Virus record (IMG/VR): IMGVR_UViG_3300032373_000002
Location: 32,001-96,000 of that record
Source: a virus
DNA: 64,000 nt
Reading direction: 5' to 3' (one strand)
Shown in pieces: positions 26,011-36,116 of this stretch. Under the pieces are notes generated by a model. It saw only the letters and a program-made list of their open reading frames with translations. It was not told the origin of the DNA and did not search any database. The stretch's first letter is position 1. Each line of letters begins with the position of its first letter. Made by a program: the position numbers and the translations under genes.

Positions 26011-26238
26011 ATGGACCTGACGCCCGCCAGCATCAGACTGAATGAAGAACGCTTCATTCAAAACATCATCCTGACGGCATGGCCGACCACCTACTGCGTC
26101 GGGCACGAAGAGGACACCCCGTGGCCCTTGGTTGCCTTCGACCACCTCGGGTTCGAGCTGGGCCGGTTCAGATCAAGCCGCTACAGCGCTCGCCGCCTGA
26201 CTGCCACACTGGAAAGACTCCGTAAACGGGGAAGGTAA
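26011..26238 (+). CDS. hypothetical protein
   Basis: GGAG RBS. Confidence 0.5.
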   Translation: MDLTPASIRLNEERFIQNIILTAWPTTYCVGHEEDTPWPLVAFDHLGFELGRFRSSRYSARRLTATLERLRKRGR

Positions 26239-26264
26239 ACGCACCGCGAACCCAAGGAGAATCG

Positions 26265-27341
26265 ATGCCCAAGATCGACCCGAAGTCCCATATTCAAGTC
26301 CGGAGGCCGGGCAATCAGAACGTCATAGGGCTCATAAGCCGCCACCCAGTCCTCCGGAAGAGCTATCTGGTCTTCTGGAACGACCAAAAGGTCGGCCACT
26401 TCACTGCCAAATCCGTCGAGGCGGAATCCACGGTGGCCGCAGCCTTCCGTCTGCCCGGCATCCTCCGGGCAGGAGGCTTCGTGGTTCTCAAGGGGGTCGA
26501 TGACCCGAAGCATGTGTACTGGATCGAAAAACTGGATGGGTATGCGTCCACGGTGCGGCGCGTCCTACCCGGCAGGGGGATTGGCTCCGAGACCTTCAGG
26601 TTCAAGAACAAGCTCTTGAGCCCCCTCCAGGGCCACGAGACCGACATCCACGTCTACAACCGTCAGACAGAGGACGAGAAAGAGGCCAGCAACCTCGCCC
26701 GCGAGGTTGAGAAGCTGCGGGACACTCTGATCTCCTCCGGACAACAAGACTTGCTCGAAGGGCTGGAGCCCAGTAACCTCGGGCAGGGCCAGGAAGGGTC
26801 CAACACTGAAGAGGAAGCCCCCATGAACAAAACCGCTTGGACCAACGCAGGAGATGATGACATGAGCAAGACCGCGCAGAGCGACAGCGGACCCCGCTTC
26901 GACAGCACCAAGGAGCTGATGCAGTACGGCGTCAAGCTGGGCCTGGGCAAGGCTGCCCAGGAGCAGGCCATCGAGCAGCTCAAGGAACGCTTCCCCACCC
27001 AGGCTGCCATGTTCGACAACCCCATGTTCCTCGCGGGCCTCAAGATGGCCGTGCCGCTCATGGGCCTCCAGCTCGCCGGACACATCAAGAGCGACCGTAT
27101 CTCCACCAAGGTCACCGACGCCAGCCAGGCGATGCTGCTGGTCAACACCATCGACGGCACTGCCGAGGTCACCGGCGCTGTTGCCTCCCAGATGATGGAG
27201 CTGGGAGCCTTCCTGCTCGGCCTCTACGGCATCGGCGGCGAGGAGGCAGCAGCCACCACCCACCAGCTGATGCAGGACTTCGGGGTCGACGCCGATGAGG
27301 TCCTGGGCAAGACGAGCACGAAGGGCAAGGTCCCCGCATGA
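26265..27341 (+). CDS. hypothetical two-domain protein
   Basis: AAGGAG RBS, 358 aa. Confidence 0.7.
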   Translation: MPKIDPKSHIQVRRPGNQNVIGLISRHPVLRKSYLVFWNDQKVGHFTAKSVEAESTVAAAFRLPGILRAGGFVVLKGVDDPKHVYWIEKLDGYASTVRRVLPGRGIGSETFRFKNKLLSPLQGHETDIHVYNRQTEDEKEASNLAREVEKLRDTLISSGQQDLLEGLEPSNLGQGQEGSNTEEEAPMNKTAWTNAGDDDMSKTAQSDSGPRFDSTKELMQYGVKLGLGKAAQEQAIEQLKERFPTQAAMFDNPMFLAGLKMAVPLMGLQLAGHIKSDRISTKVTDASQAMLLVNTIDGTAEVTGAVASQMMELGAFLLGLYGIGGEEAAATTHQLMQDFGVDADEVLGKTSTKGKVPA

Positions 27342-27640
27342 AGGGCTACCCAGACGGCTACCCGGCACCGGGCGACGTGGTCGCAGTGCCGGGTTCAGCG
27401 CCGATTCCCGTGACCCAGTCCATCCCGGAGTACGGGGTAGTGGTGCTCTGCGACGCGGACGACCCCGAGGAAGCCCTCCGAGAGAACCGCATGACCCACG
27501 CGATCATGCCTCACAACGACGGCCAGCACGTTCAGGTCTACGACCCCGAGGGGAACCTGAACCGGCCCGGCAAGCACATCCTCAGCCACATCGAGGGGAC
27601 CAAGCCCGGTAAGCGGATGTACAAGATCCACGAACCCTGA
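27338..27640 (+). CDS. hypothetical protein
   Basis: ATGA coupling. Confidence 0.6.
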   Translation: MKGYPDGYPAPGDVVAVPGSAPIPVTQSIPEYGVVVLCDADDPEEALRENRMTHAIMPHNDGQHVQVYDPEGNLNRPGKHILSHIEGTKPGKRMYKIHEP

Positions 27641-27652
27641 AAGGAGGGGCGG

Positions 27653-27970
27653 ATGCCTCCCGAACCGAGACCTGAATATCTGGCCTGGATCCGTTCCAGG
27701 CCAGGCTGGCATTCGACCGCCGAGATCTGGCAGGCCAACCAACGCGGCTGGGACAAAGAGGTCGCTGCCCAGTTCTGCCAGTGGTTGAGCCTGGGACCCC
27801 GGCGATTGGCGATGGCGATCCCCGCCCAGCTCTACATCAAGCTGGAGCGGGAGATCGAGTTCTTGGGGGACACCCTGCAGTTCCTGCTCCAGGGCGGCGA
27901 CCTGATGGTCTACTACAAGGACGGGAGACCGATGTGGCGGGCGTGCGATCCGACCAGGACAGAAGAGTAA
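27653..27970 (+). CDS. hypothetical protein
   Basis: AAGGAGG RBS. Confidence 0.6.
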   Translation: MPPEPRPEYLAWIRSRPGWHSTAEIWQANQRGWDKEVAAQFCQWLSLGPRRLAMAIPAQLYIKLEREIEFLGDTLQFLLQGGDLMVYYKDGRPMWRACDPTRTEE

Positions 27971-27998
27971 GAAGAGTAAACCGCAGCGAGGTCACCTC

Positions 27999-28482
27999 AT
28001 GAGCTACATCAGCGAACAGCAAGTCCTCGGCTACCTCGCATCCCTCAGCCTCGATGGGGTCGGGGAAGTGTTGAGGAACGCAGGCATCCTTCATCGCCTT
28101 CAGCAGCGTTGGGACGAAGAGCGTCCGATTCCTGGGGGGCCTGTCGTGGTCCCCGGCTATCCGTGGGAGCAGGACGTTGACCCGACCCCCCCAGCAGTAC
28201 GAGTGGGACGTGTACCTGCTGGGAGTGAGGCAGGTCTCCGGACCCCACAACACCCGCGACTACCAGAAGCTGACCGGCATCAAGGACATCCGCAAGATCA
28301 CCGGCCGGGGGCTGCGGGACTCCAAAATGCTGTGGGAAGCCCTCCCCAAGCCGGGCAAGGGGCAGACGCTGTTGCCGGCGAACTCATACGGTTGCCTCTT
28401 GCCCGAAGCCGTCACCAAAGATCACGCCCTGGAAATCAAGGATACCTTGGAGCGTTCAGGCATCATCGTCGAGGTCCGCTGA
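27999..28482 (+). CDS. ribosomal protein bL12 (L7/L12)-like protein split by a +1 frameshift at a C7 run
   Basis: NTD-like MSYISEQQVLGYLASLS in frame 0; CTD IKDIRKITGRGLRDSK...VTKDHALEIKDTLERSGIIVEVR in the +1 frame; C7 at 28186-28192. Confidence 0.7.
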
Positions 28483-28517
28483 TGCCCGAAAATTATGTCC
28501 GCTGGAAGGCCCTGTAG

Positions 28518-28976
28518 GTGAGCAACATCATCAGCCCTCGCAATCCGTGGCTTCCCTCTGGGGTCCAGGCAACCAGGGCTGAGCTGGAGATCTTCTTCCT
28601 CCAAGTGTTGTTGAGCAAATACATCGGAGGGACCGCTTCGGTGAAGGCCATCCCGCTGCTGCTCCCGGAGACCATCCCGTGGTCGAGAGAGCACCCGTTC
28701 CAGCTTCTGATGGTCGTAGCAGACCAAGGGCTGATGCCCCAGTGGGTGAGGAACCTCAACAACTATGGGGTGGAAGAGGCGGGACTGGCGGTCGCTTTCA
28801 GCCGAGCCACGGCGCTCGACATCGTCCGCGCGGACAAGCAACAGATCCGCCAGTTTTTGGACAGCCTCCCCAAGTTCCAGCAAGTCTCCCCCTTCTGGGC
28901 GGCATTGTTCTGGGACCGCAGCTACGGGGAAGCCAGAATGGCCCAGCTTGAGAGACCCCGTAACAGGCTGGCATGA
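28518..28976 (+). CDS. hypothetical protein
   Basis: ORF coupled to the next gene. Confidence 0.55.
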   Translation: MSNIISPRNPWLPSGVQATRAELEIFFLQVLLSKYIGGTASVKAIPLLLPETIPWSREHPFQLLMVVADQGLMPQWVRNLNNYGVEEAGLAVAFSRATALDIVRADKQQIRQFLDSLPKFQQVSPFWAALFWDRSYGEARMAQLERPRNRLA

Positions 28977-29755
28977 CCGAACCGAAGACCGGCTGGTGCA
29001 TCGAAGAGGACAAGCTCCGTTACCACCCCCGCCGGATGAACCCCGAAGGGCGGCGGGAGACCCTGCAGGGCCTGATCCAAGGGAGCCTGTACTCCTCGCA
29101 CCACGTTCCGGCAGACCTCCTCCCGATGGTATTCCTGCCGATCGCATTGGGGGGCTTGGCTCCGCCGGACGAGCTGGTCGAACAATTGTTGGGCCCCAAG
29201 CCTCCCGACGAGCCTGAGAGGCTCCCCGAAGCCCCAGTACTGGACAAGAGCCAGCTGCCCTCGGAGAACCCCCCCGAAGTGCCGGGAATCCTGGCCTACG
29301 ATGAGAAGATGGCCCTCGAATGGCGGTGGGCTGAGGTCTCTGATGAGGATTGGGCGGAACACAAGGCAGGGATCGACGAGGAGAACGCCCGACGCCAGGC
29401 TGCCTACACGCAAGAGGTCGCGGAGTATGAAGCGCGGCACCCCCTCTTAGAAAAAGCGAAGCGGGACCACCAAGCTGCCAGGGAGGCTTGGGAAGAAGAG
29501 GTTGCGCGGATCGAAGAGGGGAACGCGACCCTCAAGCAACGTCAGCAAGAATACCGAGACCAACAGGATTCTCTCAGCGAGGGGGCCTACGAGGAGATCG
29601 GAGTGTTCTTGGGGGACATGGGCCAGTCCTCCCCCGCAGGCATCAACGGCCATCCCATGTTCTTCAGCGTCCAGATCGTGCACAAAGAGGACTGGGAGCG
29701 GATATGGAAGGCTTGGAAAGCCGAGCACGAACGTCTCAAGAACCTCGACGTCTGA
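28973..29755 (+). CDS. hypothetical coiled-coil protein
   Basis: 260-aa ORF. Confidence 0.7.
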   Translation: MTEPKTGWCIEEDKLRYHPRRMNPEGRRETLQGLIQGSLYSSHHVPADLLPMVFLPIALGGLAPPDELVEQLLGPKPPDEPERLPEAPVLDKSQLPSENPPEVPGILAYDEKMALEWRWAEVSDEDWAEHKAGIDEENARRQAAYTQEVAEYEARHPLLEKAKRDHQAAREAWEEEVARIEEGNATLKQRQQEYRDQQDSLSEGAYEEIGVFLGDMGQSSPAGINGHPMFFSVQIVHKEDWERIWKAWKAEHERLKNLDV

Positions 29756-29797
29756 GGGTTCAGAGGTAAAGTGGGCATCGACCAAGAAGGAGACCTA

Positions 29798-30598
29798 ATG
29801 GGTGCAGGAAGGTTCAGCCTCAGCGGCTCCAGCGTGAGCGGCATCAGCTCCAGCATCGTCTGGGAGAACAGGCGAATCTGCTTTGATGTGGGCAACCCGT
29901 TCGAGGCGCTGAAGTGCGGCACAGTGCTCATCACCCACGGCCACCTGGACCACGCCGGTGGCCTGCCTCAGCACTACAACATCCGGAAGATGCTGGGGCA
30001 GCGCACCACCTACGTCCTCCCCCGCCAGCTGTTGCAGGAGACCGTAGGGGTGCTGAAGGGCTGGGCTGGGATCCAAGAGGAGGAGTACACCAGCCCCATC
30101 TTCGTGCCGCTCGACATCGGGCAAGAGCACTGCCTGGGAGGCAAGCTCTGGGTCAAGCCCTTCTACACCGATCACCGCATCGACTCCCAAGGCTACCTGA
30201 TCGTGGAGCGGCGCAAATCCCTCAAAGCCGAGTACAGAGGGCTGCCGGGAATGGGCCTGGGCAAGCTACGGCGAGGAGGGGTGGAGATCGACCAAGTGAT
30301 CGACATCCCCATGATCGCGTACACCGGGGACACCCGCGCCACCATCTTCGAGCGCGGAGAGGAATGGCTCAACGCCGAGGTCGTCATCACCGAGTGTACC
30401 TTCCAGGGAGAGTCGATCAGCCCCAAACAGGCTGCTGCGCGGGGACACACCCACCTCAGCCAACTCGTCGAGCGAGAGGCGGCGTTTCGACACTGCGGTA
30501 AGTTGGTCTTGACCCACCGTTCGAAGCGGTACAGCCTGAAGGACATGAACGAGGCCCTTCAGGCCACCCCCCTGGCTGACAAGGCCGTGTTTTTTTGA
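29798..30598 (+). CDS. rnz: RNase Z / tRNase Z (metallo-beta-lactamase fold)
   Basis: THGHLDH, HRIDSQGY, KxLKxEY.GL.G exosite, YTGDT, ECTF, GHTH, THRSKRY. Confidence 0.88.
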   Translation: MGAGRFSLSGSSVSGISSSIVWENRRICFDVGNPFEALKCGTVLITHGHLDHAGGLPQHYNIRKMLGQRTTYVLPRQLLQETVGVLKGWAGIQEEEYTSPIFVPLDIGQEHCLGGKLWVKPFYTDHRIDSQGYLIVERRKSLKAEYRGLPGMGLGKLRRGGVEIDQVIDIPMIAYTGDTRATIFERGEEWLNAEVVITECTFQGESISPKQAAARGHTHLSQLVEREAAFRHCGKLVLTHRSKRYSLKDMNEALQATPLADKAVFF

Positions 30599-30605
30599 GG
30601 CTGGT

Positions 30606-31208
30606 ATGATCGACAAGAAGTCCATGACCGTCGAGGGTTGCGAACCCCTGAGCTACTGCCCGGACCTGTTCGCGGACCAGGCAGACCGGCTGCTGGAGCT
30701 GGTTCGCCCCCAGCTCCTCAGCAGGACCGAAGTCCGGCAGGAGTGCTTCCTGAGCCCGACTCCCCGAGACTACACCTACGGTGTGGGGCGGGGGGCGAGG
30801 ACCTACTCCAGCACCCCGATGTGCCGCGAGCTTCAGGAGTTCTTAAGCTCCGTGAGCATGGCGGTCAGCGTGTTCTGCGGCTACGGCATCGGGGCGAAGC
30901 GGTTCAATGCCGTCTTCGTGAATCAGTACCTGAACAAACGTCAGCACCTGGGGTGGCACGCCGACGACTCTCCGGAACAGGACCCCCACATGCCCATCGC
31001 CGTGGTCAGCTTTGGGCAGGCCCGTGAGATCTGGTGGCGCCCCAACGGCCAGAAGGGGGAGGTCCCTCCCTCTCAGCGCCAGATGCTGGAGCACGGAAGC
31101 CTGTTCGTGATGTCGCCGGGGTTCCAGGACCTGTACCAGCACCGGATCCCAAAGGGGGACCGAGAGATGGGGGAACGTCTCAGCTTCACGTTCCGTTGTT
31201 TCCGCTGA
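30606..31208 (+). CDS. AlkB-family 2OG-Fe(II) dioxygenase
   Basis: VNQY...LGWHADD, IAVVSFG, HRIPK, RLSFTFR. Confidence 0.9.
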   Translation: MIDKKSMTVEGCEPLSYCPDLFADQADRLLELVRPQLLSRTEVRQECFLSPTPRDYTYGVGRGARTYSSTPMCRELQEFLSSVSMAVSVFCGYGIGAKRFNAVFVNQYLNKRQHLGWHADDSPEQDPHMPIAVVSFGQAREIWWRPNGQKGEVPPSQRQMLEHGSLFVMSPGFQDLYQHRIPKGDREMGERLSFTFRCFR

Positions 31209-31366
31209 GACGTTCCCGGACCAAATAAACGACCCAACCCGAAACACTACGGGTATGCTTCCGGCAGGGATAGGTCAATAGTCCGACCCCGCCGGACTTT
31301 CCGGTGAGGGGAAATAATAGAACTATCCCTGCTTCAAGGTGAGTCACTGACGACCAGGAGTACGCC

Positions 31367-32776
31367 GTGGAAATTCCTTCTTGGGCGAGTGAGGTTTGGG
31401 ATACCTATTCGGAAGAGTTGCTGGCGAGGATGCGCCAAGACCCTCGAATCAGCCTTGGCCGGCCAACGATCCGCAAGATCACCGGGCTCAACGGACACAA
31501 GGCAGCGCTTCTCGCAAAGATGATCAAACAGGGCCAGTTCGGCCCTGTTCTGCATTCGGAGACCTCTGAATCCTCAGACGGAGGCTCCAAGGTTGAAGCG
31601 GAGGAAGACGAGAACAAGCGGACGGTTCTCGTCAAAGGCACGGGGGAGGTCACCAACCTCAAGGAATTGATCTCCGTCAGCGGAACAGACGTGGCCAAGT
31701 GGCGCCCCGTCCGGCACAAGGTCAATACCTGGACCACAGCGATGGGCGGCGACGACGGTCCGATCACCGTCCGCAATTGGCAGGTCAAGGCAGACTTCGA
31801 GCCGCGCCGCGATTTTGGCGTCCGGATGCCGAAGTTTAGCGAGCCGCTGCAGCGAGTGCCTCGCGAGTCGGAAGCCGCTCCCCCCACGGAGCGGTGCTTG
31901 CTTATCGGAGACCCGCAGTTTGGCTTCCGGCGCACCCGGAAGGGCTACCTGGAGCCGCTCCATGACCGTCGAGTGCTTGACGTGGCCCTCCAGATCGCTG
32001 CCGAGGAACAGCCTGACTACATCCTGTTCACTGGCGACATGCTCGACCTGGCCGAGCTGAGCACCAAGTACCCGCGACCCATCGAGCTGCTCGACACCAC
32101 CGACCCGAGCTTCGCCGAGGCCCGTTGGTGGTTGGCCAGCTTCCGACGCACCTGCCCGCAGTCCCGCATCATCTGCCTCGAAGGCAACCACGACGATCGA
32201 GTGCTCCGTGCGGTACGGGCTGCTGTTCCGGCCCTGGCTACCCTCCAGGCCCCCGGGGACGACAAGCCTGCCCTCGACTTCAGTCGTTTGCTGGGCTGCG
32301 ACGACCTGGACATCGAGTGGGTCGGCCCCTACGGTGAGAGCTTCTGGCTGTGGGATGCGGTCGAGTTCACTCACGGGGATACCGTCCGGTCGGGTTCGGG
32401 CGGCACGGTAGCTGCCGAGTCCAAGGGACTGACCCACTCCAAGGTGTTCGGTCACGTCCACCGGGTCGAGGTCGCCCACCGGACCCTCTGGGGACCCAAA
32501 GGCCCCCACCAGGTGTTCGCGGCCACCCCAGGATGCGCGTGCAGGCTTGCCAAGGGTCTGGTCCCCAGCGTCAAGCCCAAGAACAACTGGCAACAGGCCG
32601 TGGGAATGATCACCTGGGACAAGGAAGCGGGCCAGGAGCACATCACCATGGAGCTGGTCAACAAGGGTCGCTGCTGGTGGAAGGGCGGTCTGATCGCAGC
32701 TCAGGACCAGACCGCAGCCATCGAGAAGGGGATCGGCTGGCCCATGCGTAAGGACTGGCTCCGCCCCGAAGAGTGA
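31367..32776 (+). CDS. calcineurin-like metallophosphoesterase
   Basis: GDPQFG, GDMLD, GNHD, THGD, GHVH. Confidence 0.85.
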   Translation: MEIPSWASEVWDTYSEELLARMRQDPRISLGRPTIRKITGLNGHKAALLAKMIKQGQFGPVLHSETSESSDGGSKVEAEEDENKRTVLVKGTGEVTNLKELISVSGTDVAKWRPVRHKVNTWTTAMGGDDGPITVRNWQVKADFEPRRDFGVRMPKFSEPLQRVPRESEAAPPTERCLLIGDPQFGFRRTRKGYLEPLHDRRVLDVALQIAAEEQPDYILFTGDMLDLAELSTKYPRPIELLDTTDPSFAEARWWLASFRRTCPQSRIICLEGNHDDRVLRAVRAAVPALATLQAPGDDKPALDFSRLLGCDDLDIEWVGPYGESFWLWDAVEFTHGDTVRSGSGGTVAAESKGLTHSKVFGHVHRVEVAHRTLWGPKGPHQVFAATPGCACRLAKGLVPSVKPKNNWQQAVGMITWDKEAGQEHITMELVNKGRCWWKGGLIAAQDQTAAIEKGIGWPMRKDWLRPEE

Positions 32777-32937
32777 GAACACCGCCTCCGTTTTGGGCGG
32801 TGTTCTCAACATCCATGGCAATTCTGGCGCGTTTTTGGCCAGAATTGCCATTTCTTATTCCATCTTTTCCCGTAAGGTGAGGGCAGGAGGACGGCAAAAT
32901 GTTTTCCTGACCCCACCCCTGAACGGAGTCGAACGAG

Positions 32938-33837
32938 ATGAGAACCGCGATCCTACTACTGACTGCCCTGACGGCTGCCTGCACCTCCCCCGCCACCGCA
33001 CTGATCAACGACTACGATCCGGGATCTCTTTACGGGGGTTCAAGCTCCGGCCAGGTCGGGGAAGCCTACGAAGATGATGACGGAGACGGGTTCACCGAGG
33101 AAGAAGGGGACTGCCAGGACGACGTCCCGGCAGTGAACCCCTACGCCACCGATCTGTACGGGGACGGGGTCGACCAGAACTGCGACGGGGTCGACGGGGT
33201 CGATGCCGACCAGGACGGATTCGCCTCCGAACTGAGTGGGGGGACGGACTGCGATGACACCGACTATGCCATCAACCCCGAGGCTGCTGAGGTGCCGCAC
33301 GACGGCACGGATCAGGACTGCAGCGGACCCGAAGGCGAAGCCCAGGAGTGCGACCTGGACGGCGACGGCTACTGGCACAACGGTGCTTACTGTGGGGGCG
33401 GCGACTGCGACGACTTCGACGGCACCCAGAACCCGGCTGCCATGGAAGACAACACCAACGGCATCGATGACAACTGCAACGGGCTGGTCGACGGGATGCG
33501 GTTCGACATGGAGTTCACCGTCCCCGGTGATGAGGGCTGGATGGGACCCAAGGTGACCGTCTCCGACGCCGCTGAAGGGACCTGGACGATCGAGTTCGAC
33601 ATCGCGGACGGCTTCTACACCGAGACGCACCGCTGGAACACGGCAGAGCAGGAGAGCTGTGACATCGCTTGGCGGGACAGCAACTCCCAACCCGAGAGCT
33701 GCACCACCACGAACATCTCCTCCGGCAACTTCGACGAGCAGACCACCTACACCCTCACCAGCCCGGACGGAGACTGCTGGAGCTGGGGCTACGCTCCGAA
33801 CAACAACTGCTCGGACGAGAACCCCCACCTCTGGTGA
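32938..33837 (+). CDS. lipoprotein with putative metal-binding (MopE-related) repeats
   Basis: Lipobox LTAAC; three D.DGDG...DCDD....NP.A.E...DG.DQNC repeats. Confidence 0.85.
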   Translation: MRTAILLLTALTAACTSPATALINDYDPGSLYGGSSSGQVGEAYEDDDGDGFTEEEGDCQDDVPAVNPYATDLYGDGVDQNCDGVDGVDADQDGFASELSGGTDCDDTDYAINPEAAEVPHDGTDQDCSGPEGEAQECDLDGDGYWHNGAYCGGGDCDDFDGTQNPAAMEDNTNGIDDNCNGLVDGMRFDMEFTVPGDEGWMGPKVTVSDAAEGTWTIEFDIADGFYTETHRWNTAEQESCDIAWRDSNSQPESCTTTNISSGNFDEQTTYTLTSPDGDCWSWGYAPNNNCSDENPHLW

Positions 33838-33973
33838 GAACTGCCAGCCCCGCAGGAGAAGAAATGCGTGTAGTCCCTGTGTGTGTCCCGACCACCTGCC
33901 TGTGGGGTACAGCGGCAAAGGTCGGTATCCCTCCAGGTAAAACCGGGGAGCCTCTCACCCCCAGGAGCCCTAC

Positions 33974-34657
33974 TTGCTCAGCAGACCCGCCATCAAGCGC
34001 CTCATGGAAGCCGGACTCATCGAGGTCGAGCCGGAACCTGTCAACATCGGCCCCAACTCCATCGACCTCCGCATGGGGGCCTCCCTCAAGCGGTACGACC
34101 GAGGCGGGTTCATCCCCTACACGGATGAGGCTGGGAAGGTTCACCGGGCCATCGACCCCACGGACCCTCCGGCATTGGTAGACCTGCCACCCCAACGGAT
34201 GTTCAACCGCAAGACCAATCGTTGGGCAGAGGGTTGGCTCCTCACGCCAGGGGATTTCTACATCGGGACCACCCTGGAGAAGACCACCTGTAAGGGGGTG
34301 GTGCCTCACCTTGATGGGCGGTCCACCTGCGGACGCCTGGGCATCGAGGCGCATAAAACCGCTGGAGTCGGAGATAATGGGTTTAGTGGATTTTGGACCT
34401 TAGAGATCCAAGCCGCCGAGCCGATTTTTCTCCGACCCGGCGACCGACTCTTCCAGGTGTACTTCACCCCCTGCTGGTCAACAGCCTTCGCTGAAATCCT
34501 CATCCGACAAGACGCGAGGAGCCTCAATCAAGAGGCTCTGCAGAGCCTCTTGTATGGGGAGTTGGCTCTGCTGGAGACTGAGGACCTGTACGCCCAAGAC
34601 GGGCGAGGCCACTACTCTGCCGACAACGCCGCGAGGGCTGCAGCTCCCCTGGATTAA
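33974..34657 (+). CDS. dcd: dCTP deaminase
   Basis: PNSIDLRMG, GRSTCGRLG, TAGVGDNGFSGFWTLE. Confidence 0.9.
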   Translation: MLSRPAIKRLMEAGLIEVEPEPVNIGPNSIDLRMGASLKRYDRGGFIPYTDEAGKVHRAIDPTDPPALVDLPPQRMFNRKTNRWAEGWLLTPGDFYIGTTLEKTTCKGVVPHLDGRSTCGRLGIEAHKTAGVGDNGFSGFWTLEIQAAEPIFLRPGDRLFQVYFTPCWSTAFAEILIRQDARSLNQEALQSLLYGELALLETEDLYAQDGRGHYSADNAARAAAPLD

Positions 34658-34671
34658 TCCTGGGGGCAGCG

Positions 34672-35115
34672 ATGGCTGGTACGGTTCAGATTGATGGCAA
34701 GTGGTACTACGCGGAGTGGGACGAAGAGAACCAAGAAGCCCACATCCTGGGATACTGCCGGAGCTGGGAAGACACCTACGGAGTCCTGGAGTCCCCCTTC
34801 GGCCGCGAAGAGATCTGCAGCGAGTACGGCCACGACTTCTTGAGAGTGTACGCGGCTGCCCGCAACGAGGCCCTCCCTTTCAAGGAATACTACCATGGGG
34901 AGGGCCACGACACTGCGGAAGAAGCTCTTGAGTGCTACCGGCAGTTCCTCTTGGATCAAGACTACGGGGTGGCCTACTCAGACCACTACTTGCTGCCCTG
35001 CAAGGAGTGCGGAGAGATGACCAACGAGATTGTGTGGGTCCAGGGGGAGCTCTTGGGGTACTTTTGTGAGAAGCACCAAGGTCCCGACTCGGTCCGGTCT
35101 CACATCAAGCTCTGA
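34672..35115 (+). CDS. hypothetical Zn-binding protein
   Basis: CKEC and CEKH motifs. Confidence 0.6.
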   Translation: MAGTVQIDGKWYYAEWDEENQEAHILGYCRSWEDTYGVLESPFGREEICSEYGHDFLRVYAAARNEALPFKEYYHGEGHDTAEEALECYRQFLLDQDYGVAYSDHYLLPCKECGEMTNEIVWVQGELLGYFCEKHQGPDSVRSHIKL

Positions 35116-35122
35116 GGGAAGC

Positions 35123-35311
35123 GTGAAAGCCTACGACGGAAAGCACATTTGGAACTGCCTGCCTGAGAAGTATCGGTGGACCGCCCACAACCTCGTCGGC
35201 CACCCGCTCAGTGAGGTCCTGCACTTGATGGGAAGTCGGCGCTGGTCCAAGTGGGCTCACGACGTGACCCTTCCCTTCCACTTCCCTGGAGGCGACGACC
35301 CTCGGGGGTAG
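35123..35311 (+). CDS. small hypothetical protein
   Basis: WTAHNLVGHPLSE...HDVT. Confidence 0.55.
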   Translation: MKAYDGKHIWNCLPEKYRWTAHNLVGHPLSEVLHLMGSRRWSKWAHDVTLPFHFPGGDDPRG

Positions 35312-35343
35312 GTAACAGGAGGCACCTTCAACCCTGGAGAAGC

Positions 35344-35856
35344 ATGCACACCAAATTCATCCTCGCAGCGGCGGCAATCGCCCTGGTGGGGGGCGTTGCC
35401 TCGGCGACGGTCCCTGATGTGGGTCGCCCCATCCACCCCAACGCAACGGCAGAAGACGCTGACCTGGATCAGCTCCACCGGGTCTTCGTGGACGACCAGG
35501 GCAACTGGACGACCGAGACCCAGGACCTGGAGGCTTGGGCTTCGGGTGCGGGTCCCCTCGACTCCATCTGGACGGGCACAGGCATCCTGTTCAACGCCGA
35601 CATCAACATGTTCCGAGCATGCTCCTGCGCCTTCGACCACGAAGCCGACGGCGCTCCCAGCTGCGGCGGGAGCGAAAGCTGCCAGTGGGTTTTGGCGGCA
35701 CCCGACTCCAACGGCCACCGCAGCCCTTGGTGTACCGGGTCTTGCAGCGGGTCCGGACCCGACTGCGACTCCTTCTGCTCTCCTCGAACCCTGCACGGGG
35801 ACGGAGGGGTCGTCGCCGACATGATCCTGGAACACGTCCTGGACGGCGGACGCTGA
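35344..35856 (+). CDS. secreted Cys-rich protein
   Basis: Signal peptide MHTKFILAAAAIALVGGVASA. Confidence 0.65.
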   Translation: MHTKFILAAAAIALVGGVASATVPDVGRPIHPNATAEDADLDQLHRVFVDDQGNWTTETQDLEAWASGAGPLDSIWTGTGILFNADINMFRACSCAFDHEADGAPSCGGSESCQWVLAAPDSNGHRSPWCTGSCSGSGPDCDSFCSPRTLHGDGGVVADMILEHVLDGGR

Positions 35857-35951
35857 CCCAGGCTTGGGTCCCCGGTAATAAGTCTTGCCTAAAGGGCTTG
35901 ACCCCACTCTACCAGTAGGGTAAAGCCACAAGGCTCGGTCTTTTACAACTT

Positions 35952-36084
35952 GGGGTGATACAGCAGGTTGGTCCTGCAATGGTCTGTTAAACCACCAATC
36001 ACCAGGCTTCTTCCTCGCTCGGCTTGACCTCTGAGCACCACGGATAGCCCTACAAGCATCGAGGTTCGATTCCTCGTCACCCCA
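35952..36084 (+). ncRNA. giant-variable-arm tRNA-like RNA C (GTT anticodon)
   Basis: GGGGTGA/TCACCCC, TGGT-CTGTTAA-ACCA, module ending CCTACAAGC, CGAGG-TTCGATT-CCTCG. Confidence 0.78.
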
Positions 36085-36116
36085 CTCGCCGCTGAAGCAC
36101 ACGGCATGAGCCTACA

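Noticed and set aside
31244-31332. Structured element GCAGGGATAG/CTATCCCTGC before the phosphoesterase
   Set aside because: A single stem with no motif or second copy; insufficient to assign a function
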